Source: Antedon mediterranea
Taxonomy: Eukaryota; Animalia; Echinodermata
Length of the DNA: 64,000 nt
NCBI RefSeq assembly: GCF_964355755.1
Contig: NC_092675.1
Span: 8,117,812-8,181,811 of the forward strand
Direction of reading: 5' to 3'
Of this stretch, positions 1 through 14,155 are shown in pieces. How positions within the stretch are numbered: position 1 is the stretch's first letter; each line of letters begins with the position of its first letter. A model generated the notes under the pieces. That model searched no databases and was not told the DNA's origin. It was given only the letters and a program-made list of their open reading frames with translations. Position numbers and translations under genes: made by a program.

Positions 1-296
1 TTAAGAAAGGTTTTTTGAAAGAAATCAACAGCATCATCAACATCAGTATACTTCTTAATTTCAGCCCAATTTGTATTAATTAAGTCAGTTTTAAATTTAT
101 TTTCATTAGAATGTTTATAATGTTTTAAATCTATGGTTACTTTTCTCTTTGTATGCTTTTCCAAATTTGATGTAGATAGCGGAGTGGTCACTAAGACCAG
201 TATGGAGTACACCACTGTTAGTTATTTTTTCTGGCGATGAAACATAAATATGATCAATTAAAGTACTAGAGTGATCTGTAATTCTTTTAATTTTAA

Positions 297-3200
297 AGAT
301 GTATTGTCCCTTTGACTAATACAATTTTTTTTTTTTACAATATTTCGAAAAAAAGTGGGTCATTTAGAAGTATCATAATAGTTTTTAACTTTCACCAAAA
401 ATTAGTCAAGAAAAAATAATTTAACCGAAATACAGACGTTTTTTTGTTCAAAGTCAAAGTTTTCGATCAAAACATATATCATAATGCAACGCGCTTGTTT
501 GGCTACTCTGTATGCATAATCATAATTATCCCTCGGAAGCGAGGGAAAAGAGGAGGGAGAAAGCTCAGGAAAAAAATTGCGGTGAGAATAACAAATCGTG
601 ACTGCGAAATGAGAGCTTTGAATCGTGGGGTTTTTAATAAGAACTTGATCAATGTTCAAGTAAAAAAGGCAAAGAATTTGAATAAAGGTTGTCCAAGATT
701 GTTCTTAACCAATGCTCGTTCTATTAAAAATAAAATGGATGAATTTGAGGCCACATTATTAAAATACAAGATTGACATTGCTACGGTTACTGAAACTTGG
801 TTAAATGATGAGATTGAACGTATTGCACACATTCCAAAATTTAAATGTTTGTTTAAGAACCGTAATCATCGGCGTGGAGGAGGTGTCGCTATTTTCGTGA
901 ATGACAAGTTTAACGAACACGAAGTGAATGAGCATAATTTGTGCCAATTTGAATGTTTATGGACAAATATATCATATGTGAATAACAATAAAACCCATAA
1001 TATCTTTATTGGAGCTGTATATTACCCTCCTTCAGCCCCAGGTGCTGATGACATCATTGAACATATACTCAACACGGTTGACGAGATTCGTCTAACTAAC
1101 CCAGATTCACCGATGATAATCCTAGGCGACTTTAATTATTTGAACATTGATAGTCTAACAGAACAACTTGGGATGGTACAAATCGTTGATTTTCCAACTC
1201 GTGACGTTTCGCTACTTGACAAGGTTTTTATGACCCATCCAGAACTATATACAAAGCCTAAAAAATGTACACCCCTTGGGCGTAGTGACCATAGTAGTAT
1301 TATCATTCATCCTTGCCATGAGTTGCCGCCATCCAAATATATGCGTATGCAAGTTAGACCATACAGAGAGACGTCAGTAAGATCGTTTGGACAATGGATA
1401 ACCAACTATAACTGGAACTGGATGTTCGATCGTAACTTATGTATAAATGAGAAAGTAAATGGTTTTTTCAATGTCTTAAAAGGTGCATATAATCACAATT
1501 TCCCTGTCAAGCAAATAAGAAAAAGAATAGCTGATCGTCCTTGGATGACTCAAAACGTTCGTCGACTACTTGATGCAAGGCAACGAATGTATAACAACTG
1601 TACTAAAGCTGAATGGAGAGAAACACGCAATGCTGTCCAGAGAAGCATTCGTTCAGCAAAGAAATTTTTTTATGATAAATCAATGCGAGGCCTTAAAAAT
1701 AATGATCCGGCAACATGGCATCACAGTGTACGTAAACTGTGCAATCTAAAAAATCGAACCATGCTAAAATTCCCTGGCCACTCAAATCAAGATCTTGCAA
1801 ATGATATCAATAACCACTTTGCATCTGTGTGCCAACAGCTTCCCCCAGTTGATGTAAATGCTCTTCCTGCATATTTTCCTTCACCTGAACCCCCGCCAAA
1901 AATTTTTCCTGGACAAGTCAGACGATTGATTAATAAACTAAAGTCAAAGAAGTCTAGTCACCCTGATGACTTGCCAATTAAACTTATAAAAGAATTCGCC
2001 TTTGAAATTGCTACCCCACTTGCCCATATTTTTAATTGTTGTCTTAATGAAGGTGTATTTCCCGAGTTATGGAAGTTAGCAACAGCCATTCCTGTTCCAA
2101 AAGTTCCTAATGTAACATCATTTCAAGACCTCAGGCCAATTTCACTTACCCCCATCTTTGCCAAGATGTTTGAGTCATTCCTTACTGATTGGGTGACTAG
2201 TGACATTCATCAACATTTAGATATTAAACAATTTGGTTGCCGTAAAGGCTCATCTACTAGCCATTATCTTGTGGACATGATTCAGTCTGTAATTAGTGAT
2301 ATTGTAAAAGGTGATTCTTTTGTGGATATTTGTGCCGTTGATTTTACGAAGGCCTTCGACCGAATTGACCATACGGTCATTGTTAGAAAGCTAGTCGACA
2401 TCAGAGTGAGAAAATCTATTATTCCCACCATCTGTAGCTTTCTGACGGATCGTAAAATAAATACTAAACTTAGGTCAGAGCATCCAAAATGTTGTATACG
2501 TTATATATCCTTAGAAGGGCCAATGTACCAGTTCATGATATGATATCCGTTTATGTTTGTTATATTCGCCCAATCTTGGAATACGCCTGCCCTGTGTGGC
2601 ATGGAAGCATCAATAAGGCCCAAATATCGACCATTGAAAGAGTGCAAAAGAGAGTTTTACGTATTATTCTGGGTCCCGCTTTCCTTACGTATGATTCAGC
2701 TCTTGAGCTTACTGATATGACCACTCTCGCATCCAGACGAGAGACGTTGATTCAAAAATGTGGAGAAAGGCTCTTGAAATCGGAATTGTACAGAACTATT
2801 TTGCCCGACTACCGCATTATTACTAGAGAGCTTAGATCAACCACGGTAGATAAACATCTAATTAATATACCTGTTTGCAGAACTAACCGTCTTAAGACTT
2901 CGCCTGCCCTTACCATAAGTAGAATCCTTAATTCAAACAGTACCTGATCACGCTGAAGATGGCTATGTTATAAATATTTACATATATAGGCCTATGCATT
3001 TGTATAAATTTGGTAATCTTTTTAACATAACATAATTTTATTTTTTTAACTGATTTTTTCAAATTTTTTAATGTTTTGTATAAATTTTTGTATTTTTTTA
3101 AATGTTTCTGTTTCCATATGTTTATATATATATTTTTGTAAATCAACAATTTCAGCCTTCGGGCTGCATGTTTTTTATTGTATAAACCTGAATAAATAAA

Positions 3201-3512
3201 AAAAATAAAAATAAAACTTTCTCGCGATCTGTGTGAAAACACTTTCTCAACCGCGATGAGTTGTAAACAAACATAATAAGCATCATGCATAATGCATACT
3301 CGTGGTTTGAAATCTTTGTTTACTTTTGCTCGTGACGATTTTCCAGACGAAATGTAATCAAATTAATTTACCTGTTAATTACGTAAACTTTTTTATTTTT
3401 GGCTCGAATTTTCGATTTAAAGTGAATAACTTTAATATTACTTTGATATGGCCAATTTAAATTTAGAATATTTTTTTTTTTCATTTTTTGTGTTTCAAGG
3501 GACAATACATCT
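297..3512. mobile_element. Non-autonomous TIR DNA transposon, Kolobok-like, hosting a nested LINE
   Basis: TTAA|AGATGTATTGTCCC at 293-310 and its reverse complement GGGACAATACATCT at 3499-3512 followed by TTTTAA. A related terminus occurs at about 30878. TTAA flanks with purine termini fit Kolobok. Confidence 0.6.
444..3215 (+). mobile_element. CR1/L2-group LINE, ORF2 (APE endonuclease + RT) with internal deletion of the RT catalytic core
   Basis: APE motifs NARSI, TETWL, GGGVAIF, GDFN, SDH; RT motifs RPISLT, QFG, DFTKAFD. The sequence jumps at about 2470 from RT domain 3 to the C-terminal IRPILEYACPVW region (ORF 2489-2947), so QG-LSP and YADD are missing. A-rich tail at about 3190-3215. 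The 5' boundary is uncertain. Confidence 0.85.
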
Positions 3513-3524
3513 TTTTAAAGTATG

Positions 3525-4516
3525 GTAAGATGGAGTTGATGATAGAAGGTCACAGTTGATGTCCCCAATTAAAATAATTTCATTATCAGTATTATTTCTT
3601 TCAATTTTTTTAAGAATGTTTTCAAATTCATCAAATGTATCAGTACATGAATTAGGTGGGCGATACCATGCAATAATTAAAATAGGTTTCCTCTTTAGCT
3701 TAGTTAATTTGATAAAAATTACTTCAAGATTAGGACTCAGTAAATTTTCTAAAATTTCATAAATGAAAGAACAGTTATGACTTATATATACTGCTACACC
3801 CCCTCCTTCTCGTTATCCTTCATAACAACATTAAAACCATTAATCTCAATTTCATTGTCGCTTATAGTATTATCAAGACGTATTTCATTTAAAGCTACAA
3901 TGTCAATATTGTTATTTTCCATTAATTATTTGATTTCATCAAATTTTCCAGGGAGGGTAACGATGTTTAAACCTAAAATATTAAGCCCTTCTCCATTAAA
4001 TACATTACCAATATTGTTATTTTCCATTAAGTATTTGATTTCATCAAATTTTCCAGGGAGGGTAACGATGTTTAAACCTAAAATATTAAGCCCTTCTCCA
4101 TTAAATACATTACCAATATCTGTAATCAAATTATCCATAACAGAATCAATTTCATTTTCTGAGTTGATTGTAGAAGAGTTCGTATCATTTGTATTATCTG
4201 TGGCATTCTCTTCATCGCCTACTTTTCAGTTTCTGTTGAATTTCATATCACAGTATTTTGATTTGTGTCCTGATTTGTTACAGTCCCAGCAGACAATAGA
4301 ATGGCCATGTCGACAAACTCTTCCATTGTGTCCAGTTTCCCCACAGAAGTGGCATCGTCGGAATTTTGCTCCTTGATGAACATAACTATCAGTGACTCTA
4401 CGTGTTGGCAGTATTTCAATTTGCTTGTTGATGCTTTTTAGAAGAGCATCAGTGCCTAGTTGGTTTAGATGGAGACCGTGTTGTGTAAATTGTCTTGTGT
4501 CATACTTGCTCCCCAT
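3525..4516 (-). mobile_element. CR1-clade LINE fragment: end of ORF1 (SGNH-like + two CCHC knuckles) and start of ORF2 endonuclease
   Basis: HGLHLNQLG, CHFCGETGHNGRVC and CWDCNKSGHKSKYC in 4226-4516. GLNILGLNIVTLPGKFDEIK and GDINCD endonuclease motifs downstream. Internal 105-bp tandem duplication (3904-4113). Confidence 0.75.
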
Positions 4517-4607
4517 GATAAAAGCATTTGAGTTGTCAATATATTTTCCTTCAATATTTCCTCAAACAAATCAAGATAAGAAAAAGGCAGTACAATATAA
4601 TTATCAA

Positions 4608-4665
4608 ATGGCCATCCTCAAAATATTTGTTTTGGTAATATTCTGTGTTTTTTCGGTTGTCAATG
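4608..4665 (+). CDS. Orphan signal-peptide exon (MAILKIFVLVIFCVFSVVN-G), phase 1
   Basis: ATG in AAATGG context, hydrophobic core, strong G|GTAAGT donor. The downstream partner exon is not established. Confidence 0.5.
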
Positions 4666-5248
4666 GTAAGTTTTTTTATTTTATAAGCATCATGTTACCG
4701 TGTAGTGTTGTGAGCTTAGTTACAATATGAATCGTAGACGAGGCGATGATGTTTGTCTTCCTTGACCCAAACGTGTGCCTCTATAGACCGGGCGCCCGGA
4801 AGATTTATTCATATGAAAAGATACAAAATGTTTGATGATGTAGTTAGGTGCGTATTAGGGCGAGATGCAATATTCGACATTGCTGCCGGGTCACAGCCTG
4901 TACATGGGGCCTGTGGGGATCATAACATAGGGGGGTAAAAATGCATTTTTTCATGTGAAGCGATACAAGGATAAACTTTTTTAGATATCATTCGCAGTGG
5001 GCTACTAATGATTACATCACCAATGACCACGCCCAAATGGGTTTATTCATGTGAAGCGATACAAGGTTGAATCTTTTTTAATAGCAGCAGTACATATTGG
5101 GGATGACAAAAACACCAATGACAGCAACTTTATCCTGTACATAAGCTCAGGCAGCAGTTTCCCTTTATTCGGCTATATACTCGGCGCGTATGTCGTCTTA
5201 TGGCGTTCAGCTTAGTTAGAAATACGTGATACGGACTCGGACTGACAA

Positions 5249-6541
5249 TCTATATATAAATTTACGTAAGGGCAAAAATCGGTAAATCGTGCGTTATTTC
5301 TAGAATGTTTACTCGATGGTATATAAAGTTGGTTCGTACTTTCGGTACTAATTTTAACCACCTGATGTAACCCTGTTTACTAATTAAATTGAGTTCGATT
5401 ATTAGTTATTGACGATTAAAACGAATTTAGGTTCAACGATTTGCCCCAAATAGGGGTGTTTTCCGATCGTGGTATACTTTGTCTAATGGATGTCAATTTG
5501 AAAAATACCCGCACACAATAATACGAGGACACTTCGCATTTTCCTATCTCCTCCTACGATAATTGTTTTTAATAGCTGAAAACCGGTTGAACAGTTCGAG
5601 TACAGCATCATAATGTTGAAGACAGGCCGATTTTCTTTAAAAAATGCTATTTTGATACATGTAATATACGTTTTTACAAATGTATTGATTTGTGATGAAT
5701 GGAACATTCCAAATTATTTGGTTTAACCATAGAGATATAGATTTAGATTTATGGGCCCCCTTGGAGAATAAACATAAATAGTATTGCAATGCTGTACAAT
5801 ACTGTTAAGGTATTAACCACTTTTGATCGCAATTTGAATCGCAAATTTCTTATTGTGAGTGTTGGTACTGTTAGATATAATATAAACAAATATACAAATA
5901 AACTTTATTACTGTGAGTGTGGGTAGGCCCTACTGTTAGATTATAAACATATAATATACAAATAAATAAACGTTATTACTGACAGTTGCTTCTCAACGTT
6001 TGTATTAATTAATAATTTAAAAATATATAAACGTACGTAGTGGTGTATCGTTACATGTACTTCACTATTTCAATCGACTATGACAGTGAGAGTTTTAACA
6101 AAGTATTAAATCGTAAATGTTTTACTGTATTTAGTGGTATATTATTTATAGGCCTATAAAACATTAAAAACAATATTTCGTAACTGAGTGGATAAGAATA
6201 TATTTTAAAATGTTTCCTCTTTGTACCTATCTTCTTCCCCCATACCTCAACCCTTAATGTTACATACAAAACACAAATTGGGTTTGTTTAAATGAGTCCA
6301 AATAAAAAAATTTGACTCATTTTGTTTCTCCCTCGGAAGTAATTCCTAGGGTGCTAATTTTAACTGACTACATAAATCATCGTGTATATTTATTCGTTTC
6401 TGTAAACGACAATGTATTATAGTCCTGCAGTACGTACATTTGAAATCTCCATTTTTTTCTCGCTGGAAAATACTGTGTATTCGAGAACCATCTGTGGGCA
6501 CGACCTAGATGGTACGCGAGCGAAGCGAGCGTGCCATCTAG
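5249..6541 (+). mobile_element. Non-autonomous Helitron, copy 1
   Basis: A|TCTATATATAAATTTACG 5' end; 3' hairpin GATGGTACGCGAGCGAAGCGAGCGTGCCATC then CTAG|T; inserted between A and T with no TSD. Confidence 0.85.
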
Positions 6542-7899
6542 TAAAGAGAATTAACAGTAGAATGCTAAAACTATAAAGAGAGCAGTTGTTTCCTGTACCA
6601 AATCATCAAACATCAAACTCTTAGGAACTCGCCCAAAATGGGTTTATCCATGAAGTATGAATCATTTTTGAAAAAATGTGTTTTTTTTTCACTTTATCCG
6701 GTACACATCAGCTCAAATGCCCGAGGCTCCATTCGTGATCAACAATGTTGTATAAATTTTGTTGGAAAGTTTCCAAATTTGTAAATAACTATTCATTATT
6801 ATTCGTATAGATGTATTGGTATGGAGATTTTTCCGTGATTTTGTCGTAATATTTTACCTGGAAACCCATATTGTACCCAGATAATTGGTCTTTTACTTCA
6901 AAACATATTTTTAAGACGAATTGTTACAAAAGATATGCTATTCATTTGCTACCTTATTGTATAACTACCTTTTACCTACTGTAATTAACATATTTAGTGA
7001 CGTAAATAACGCAAGTAATATGTATAATAATACCATTAATAAAATCATTCTTCACACTTAAATGATTTATTATACCGTTTCCAAAAACGTAAATGCTTGC
7101 ATATGTCACATGTCTATCATTTTGGTTTTATATTTTTGCCACATATTGTTGTTGTAATACCTACCTGGAAACATAATAAAACGCCATTCACTCGTCCACA
7201 TTGATAAGTTTGATTCTCTTGATAAGTGACCTACAACTTACAAACAAGATGTTACTCCTCAAGAACAGCATGTTCTTTCTTTTTGTAGTTATCGGAGCTG
7301 CTCATGTCCAAGCATTCCCGACGTTGTTTTTTAGTTATATATCTAATTTTAAATAAGCTAATGTCTTTTATATGAATGAATTAACACATTTTATTAGATT
7401 TCAAATCCACAAATTAGTTTAAAGAATGTTTTGCTTGAAGTGAAATTTGAATCAGTGATTTTGCAGGATCACTATATGTTGTGTTTTGGAAGGTTGTTCC
7501 TTGTTTTAAGAGTTTCAAATTTAAATTTTAACAAATCAGTGTTTTTTTTTAAAGATTTTTATAGAATTTAGGCCTAAATTTTTAACGTAGAACTATAACT
7601 GTTAATAATGCTGTTGAAGTCTACCTGACAGTATTGTTCCTAGTAGTAGTTTATGATAATATGGTTATACATTTTCTTTAAATAATCGTGTCCATCTAAC
7701 TTTGCTAATTTAGATATCAATGATTGTCTCCCGAACCCTTGCTTAAACCAGGGCATGTGTCGACGGTGTTAACACGTACGTCTGGCTATGTATGGCTGGA
7801 TACACTGGTTTAAACTGTCAAACAGGTAGGTGTTATAATAATGGATAACACAGTTCATTATAAAGATTGTGTGAAGTGTATAAAGTGAGTGTATTTTAA

Positions 7900-8108
7900 C
7901 TGAATTTGTGCATTTTATCGATTGGGTTAATTTTACTGTCCTGATTTTTATATAATACCGATTGTGTGCATTTTACCGACCTTATACAATTTACCGACTG
8001 TGTGTTTTAAAGATTGTTTAATTAAATTTACTCATTGTGTGTATTCTACCAATTGTGTGCATTTTACCGATTGTGTACAGCTTTACTGGCTGTGTACACT
8101 TTTCCGAC
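7900..8108. repeat. Degenerate ~20-bp minisatellite (TGTGCATTTTACCGA-like), duplicated at about 62660-62848
   Basis: The motif is repeated several times in both paralogous introns. Confidence 0.6.
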
Positions 8109-8353
8109 ATCATCGCACATTTCATTTTGTGGTGATTTAACGAAAAATAAACTAATAATTGTATCAAATACATATAAACAATACCTGTGTAGCAGGAAAT
8201 GTTTACAATCGGGCTTTCATGACGTGTACAGAAGCAACTAAAGTAAACGGGCCTTGTGGAGTCCCAATACAAGTAGATAGCCAATTCTGTTTCGACAAGA
8301 CTAATGGATATCACTACCATCCAACAGACTGTAATAGATTTTACCAATGTTAC

Positions 8354-8950
8354 TGTTATTTATTGTGCTCTTGGAATGAATGATAACACTAAGTATTTCA
8401 CTAAGAAATCAGACCATGTGCTAATGTTCAGCCATCTTGTAGAACTCTTTTATTAGTCTCCAATCCAGTCGTTAAATTGCTAATATGAATATATTACATT
8501 ACTTCCTTCTTTTAAAATTGAGTCAAGTGATACAGGTATTGATTATAGTATGGCTATCTAACATAACATTCTAAAACTAAGTAACAATAAACATAATGAA
8601 TATAACAAAAACAAGATCTTCTACATTTAAATTAACTATATAATGATTACATCTTATTTCCCTTTTCCTTTCTCTCTCTTTACATCAGATGTGGTATCCA
8701 ACATCATGTGATTAGGAAGTATTATTTTAACCAATCGTCCAATTTTAACTTCATACTTTCTTGGACCTAATACCTTTATTACTATGCCATTTAGCCATTT
8801 GTCTTTTCCTTTACCTTGTGTTCTCATGTTTTTCACTTTTACTTTGTCTGACACTGAAAAGATTCTTTCTGATTGTGTTTTAGGATCTTTGTGTAGTTTT
8901 TGGCTATATTGTTTACATTCTATTCGTTCTCAAACCGATTGAATAATATC
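8354..8950 (-). mobile_element. Gypsy-like LTR retrotransposon 3' remnant (integrase C-terminus, PPT, ~300-bp LTR)
   Basis: Minus ORF 8654-8854 (KWLNGIVIKVLGPRKYEV, GPY/F-type integrase tail). Polypurine tract GAGAGAGAAAGGAAAAGGGAAA, then LTR TGTAA...TAACA (8651 down to 8354). Confidence 0.75.
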
Positions 8951-9199
8951 TTTTCTTCAATGGTGAAGACTATCCATCAAACGTACCTAGGTGTAATTAA
9001 TTGTCTCAAATATGTTTAAATTGCCAGTGGCATAGTAAATTTCAACAATGGATATTAAAATGTCCGATACTACGCTTTTAAGCGATTTTTACTAGCTGAT
9101 CCATATTTCATAATGGTATATAATTTATGTAATTATTAGCTGGATAGTTTTTCTGTGGCGAAAGCCCTATAATAATAAAGAAGTATAGATACATTAAGG

Positions 9200-9565
9200 T
9201 ATGTTGTATTGTAAATTAGTCAATCTATTAATACCTTAATGTTAGTTTGAATAATTTAAACTAAATTAATTTGTACAACCAAAGATTAAAACTTTTCGAA
9301 ATAAAGAGATGTTTATAATAAGGTGTTGCTTCTTATAATGCTATTCTATGACTAACTGGAAACAACCATCACATTTTGAAATGTTGTATTGTAAATTGTT
9401 CGATCTGTTAATACCTCAATGTATGTTAATTTGAATAATTTAAACTAAAATAATTTGTACAACCAAAGATTAAAACTTTTTGAAATAAAAAGATGTTGAT
9501 AATAATAATGGTGTTGCTTCTTTATGTTTTTCTATGACTAACTGGAAACAGCCATTACATTTTAA
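9200..9565. repeat. ~180-bp tandem duplication downstream of copy A
   Basis: ATGTTGTATTGTAAATT...GACTAACTGGAAACA block present twice. Confidence 0.75.
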
Positions 9566-10069
9566 AAAATTGTTAAATTTGCTATCGGACGGTGAGACTA
9601 CTATAACTACAGCCGATATATGGTTGGCCTATTGTTAAACTTTATAAATATATCAGTTTGGCATTTCAATTTAATGGGAATGGCAGTTTATAACAATAAT
9701 TTTCAGAGAATGTTTGGTGCAGCGAATTTTACATTTATTTTCGTGATTTTATTTCGGTAATATCTACATATTTGCATGCCATTGTTCATAACATTTCTGT
9801 AGGCCTAGATCAATTATATCATACCTAAACAATATGTTAGTTCAATTGGTCCAATACATCCTGGTATAGAATTCTTCAGCCAAGTTTCAAAGTTTGTATA
9901 TATAACATGTTACCTTATAACACACACATTATGTTATGGTCATAATATACTATATAATATAGCCTTTAATGTCTCGTATCAGTAAAATGGAGACAATTGT
10001 AGACCTACTGTAAATGTATTACAAAAAAAATGCTTTTGATTTGAGCACTGTTACCGAATAAATAGATTC

Positions 10070-12440
10070 AGACACAATCGTACACAAACATTGCTTAATG
10101 CATACCTGGAAATAAAAAAAGAATATAAAACATTAATAAAAAATAAGAAATACAGCTATATTAAAAGATCACGTACAGAATTGATTAGATCATTAGGAGA
10201 AAAAAACTCCAAATCATTCTGGATTAAACTAAAACAAACAAAACCAAATTTTCCAAGTAACATATGTATTAATACATGGCGCACTCATTTCGAATCCTTA
10301 TTTCATATTGATGAAAATAGAGATAATCAAAATGTAGAAAGTATCATTAATGATGAACCTGCTGTAAATGAAAACGAACCTAACCTAAATAATGACATTA
10401 CAGTAGATGAGGTAATTCATGCCATTAAATCCCCAAAAAACAGGTAAATCACCTGGAATCGATGGATTATTACCAGAACTTTTTATACACTCATCTCAAA
10501 ATGTAATCAATCTAATAACAAAATTATATAATATAATTTATAATACAGGACAGTTTCCACAGCAATGGGCAACCAGCCTTATTGTCCCAATATTTAAAAA
10601 AGGTGACAAAGAACAACCAGAGAATTATAGAGGAATATCACTTATTCCTGTTTTTGCTAAAATTTTCTTACATATTATCAATAAAAGATTACAATTTTGG
10701 GCAGAAGACAATAACATTCTACATCAGGAACAAGCCGGTTTTAGAAAGGGGTTCAGAACATCGGATAATGTATTTATTCTTAACACAATCATTAATAAAT
10801 ACCTAGGAAAAAAACGTGGGAAAGTATATGTTGCTTTCATTGATTTTAAACGAGCCTTTGACTCCGTAGGACATCAATACCTTCACATAAAACTAAAAAA
10901 TTCAGGAGTAAAAGGAAAAATGTTAAACGTTATTAATTCAATGTACAATAAGTTATCAGCACATGTTAAGGTCGACGGCAATATTAGTAATTCTTTCAAA
11001 TGTCTAATAGGTATACAACAGGGTTCGCCACTCTCGTCCTTTTTATTTAATGTTTTTATTAATGATTTGAGTGAAACATTAAATGAGGAAGGCGACGAGC
11101 ATAGAATCCAAATAGGAAATCTAAAAATTAATCATTTACTCTATGCAGATGACCTTATGTTATTTGGTGATACCGTTTATGGTCTACAATATTATTTAAA
11201 CAAGTTATCTACCTATTGTACAAGATGGGAAGTAACTGTCAATGTTAACAAGAGTAATATTATGGTGTTTAAGAATGGTGGTAATCTTAACAAATTTGAA
11301 AAATGAAATTACAATGGAAATACAGTTGACATTGTCAAATCCTTTAAATATTTAGGAGTTGTTTTCAACTCAAATGGTAATTGGAATAAAGCCAAAGAAT
11401 ACAATTGTCAACAAGCTAATAAGGCTTTGTTCACATTAAAAGGATTGACCCATAGACGTTTTGGTAACCTCCAAGTTAATATATGGAACCATATATTTGA
11501 TGTTAAGATTATGCCAATCTTACTTTATGGTAGCGAAATATGGGGTTTAAATGATATATCAGTATTACAGAAAGTTCATCTAAGATTCTGTAAATACATT
11601 CTAGGAATAGGTAATTCTGCACCAAGTGTTGCAGTGAGAGGAGAATGTGGAAGATTCACTATCCAAATTCAAATTATCATTAATATAATTCGTTATTGGC
11701 TTAGAGTAATCCAAATGGATAATGACAAATTTATTAAACAATGTTATGATTTTCAATATAGAAAAGCTCAAAGAAATGAGCAATGTTGGGCCAATGACGT
11801 AAAACAAATACTATGCATAAATGGATTTGGTAACATATGATACTCACAACAGGTTAATAATATATATACTTTTATTTCAAATTTTAAACAAAGGCTTACA
11901 GACATTGAACGACAGAAATTCTACGAAGATACTAGGCTACACTCTAAGCTCCAATATTACAAGCACGTTAAATATAAGTTTGGGATTGAAGAATATCTAA
12001 CAAAAGTAACAAATTACAAACATAGACAAATTATGACTAAGATACGACTAGGAATTTTAGAATTAGAAATTGAAAAAGGAAGATGGAATTGTATAAATAG
12101 AAATGAAAGATTATGCAAATTATGTGCTTTACAATCAATTGAAGATGAATATCATTTCACTTTAGTTTGTCCATTTTATTCAGATATTAGAACTAAATAT
12201 ATGTTTTCCTTTTATACAAACAACCCAACTAAATTAAAATATATTTATCTTATGTCTGCCACGAATATTGATCTTATTGTTAAACTTGGAAAATATTTAT
12301 TTTTTTCATTTAAACGTAGAACAGAATTTTTAAACGCACTCAACTGATATTTATTTAACATGTATTACATTGTATATTATTTGGGCCAAAGGCCATATAT
12401 AATGTTTCTTGGATCTCCAAGAAAGAATGAATGAATAATA
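10070..12440 (+). mobile_element. 5'-truncated, decayed LINE (RT + C-terminal CCHC; RTE-X/L2-group-like)
   Basis: KSPGIDG, NYRGISL, QAGFRKG, DFKRAFD, QGSPLS, YADD, then CKLC...EDEYHFTLVCPFY. Split by a frameshift (about 10430) and stops (11304, 11838). Confidence 0.85.
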
Positions 12441-12659
12441 TATCCACACATTTGTGGTGTTGAAAATTTATTCAGAACTTCACATACAATATCACCTATA
12501 AAATATCACCTACTGTCTTGTACAATACCATAATTATTAATTACAGCTTACAACTGAATGCGTACTCTAATTGAAAGTTACTAAAGTTTTCAAAATATCC
12601 ACTCCATGTTTTAGTGTTTTTTACGCACCAATAATATATAAATAATGAATGTTTATGAG

Positions 12660-13510
12660 TAATGGTACAAATAATGGCATTTGGTGAATGATGAAAGGTC
12701 ATATGGAGAAATAGATATTTAGATGTTAATAATAATAATGAATACCGTAGCTCACGTTATAGGTTATTGAAATGATGCACATAAAGCGACTCCTTATTGT
12801 GGAAACTTTTCAAAGAACCTAAAAAATATATTGATGATTATTTCCATTTATTCAAATAAGTCTTTCGGTTTCATTGTTTGTGTTAAACTTATTGAACCTT
12901 CCTCTACATTCAAAAGTGTATACTTGGTTCAAGTAATACACTATTTAGCAAGTACCATACACACATTTTGCTTACAGCTAGTCATCATAAAATACATAAA
13001 ATGTTTTGACTTCCCGAGAGCTCTACCAAGGAATTATTAACTATTAATTATTATTAACATATTCAATAAAATGATAATAATAATATAATTGTTCACATCA
13101 TCGGTCGTTGACTTTACATATACAATATGGTATCGTGCTTAAAGTTGAAAATGACTCATATTGGTATTGAGCATTTAATCCTATTATGTCCATTTTATTG
13201 GAAAGTTTTAAAAGATCCAAATATGACTGACTTACTATTCATTTATTTGTATGATGTACGTGTTTTTTCTCATAGTGACATAGGTGGTTATTCACTTCAG
13301 AAGACGGATTCTTACAAAGAGTCTAATGCTGTTATTCTTCCTATCTTTATGTACAATAACCTTTTACCTATCAATGTATTTGTGAGATATTTGATAATAA
13401 TATAGAATCTATTCTTCTTTTTGTCGCATTGCTGTCATATTTAGGTATCATACGGTAATTATTAGTTTTCCATATATTTTATTTGTACTCCTTTACCTGG
13501 AAACATAATA
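12660..13510. repeat. Upstream block duplicated at about 32925-33660 (flank of family copies B and D)
   Basis: Co-linear near-identity, e.g. GACTCCTTATTGTGGAAACTTTTCAAAGAACCTAA and AAAGTGTATACTTGGTTCAAGTAATACAC. Confidence 0.85.
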
Positions 13511-14155
13511 AGAGGCCATTAACTCTTACTAAAAGACAAATCATAGTTATAATAATAAGGAGCCGATAATCTGGTTTCGCACAAATCTTTCCTGTTATTC
13601 TCTTGATTTAACATAGAAGATATGTTCATGTTTGGTACTTACCGGTACTAATATTGTAAGCAATAATAATGCTAATCATAATATCACACGATAGGTTATT
13701 AACATGACATATATTGTATACAAATTGTTGGAAAGTTTCCAAATAACTATTCATTACTATTCATTATATATGTATATTGGTATGAAGATTTTTCCGTGAT
13801 TTTGTCGTAATATTTTACCGGGAAACCCATATTGTACCCAGATAGTTGGTCATTTACTTCAACACATATTTTGAAAACGAATTCTTACCAAAGAACCTGA
13901 TGCTGTTTTGTCTACTTTATTGTATAATTACCTTTTACCTACTGTAATAAACATATTTATTGACGCAAATAACGCAAGTAATATGTATAATAATACCATT
14001 AATAAATTATTGATTTATTATACCGTTTCCAAAAACGTGAATTTTTGCATATGTTACACGTCTATTATGTTGGGTTTTTTTTCCACATATTGTTGTTGTA
14101 ATCCCTACCTGGAAACATAATAAGAGGCCATTCACTCTACTAAAAGACGAATGGT

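Larger units (their letters stand above)
7249..8995 (+). pseudogene. EGF/CBM14 family copy A (pseudogene)
   Basis: SP exon at 7249 with its donor and the upstream TATA deleted. EGF exon 7714-7825 is 112 nt (2-nt deletion and Cys>Trp versus the 62466-62579 paralog). CBM14 remnants at about 8183-8353 (TCVAGNVYN...QFCFDKTNGYHYHPTDCNRFYQCY) are broken by an LTR fragment and resume at about 8957 (TTCAATGGTGAAGACTATCCATCAAACGTACCTAGGTGT). Confidence 0.8.

Noticed and set aside
5483-6269. Short ORFs within the Helitron copies (also 15701-16694, 55019-56329, 58347-58950)
   Set aside because: No Rep/helicase motifs, and the frames are not conserved between copies.
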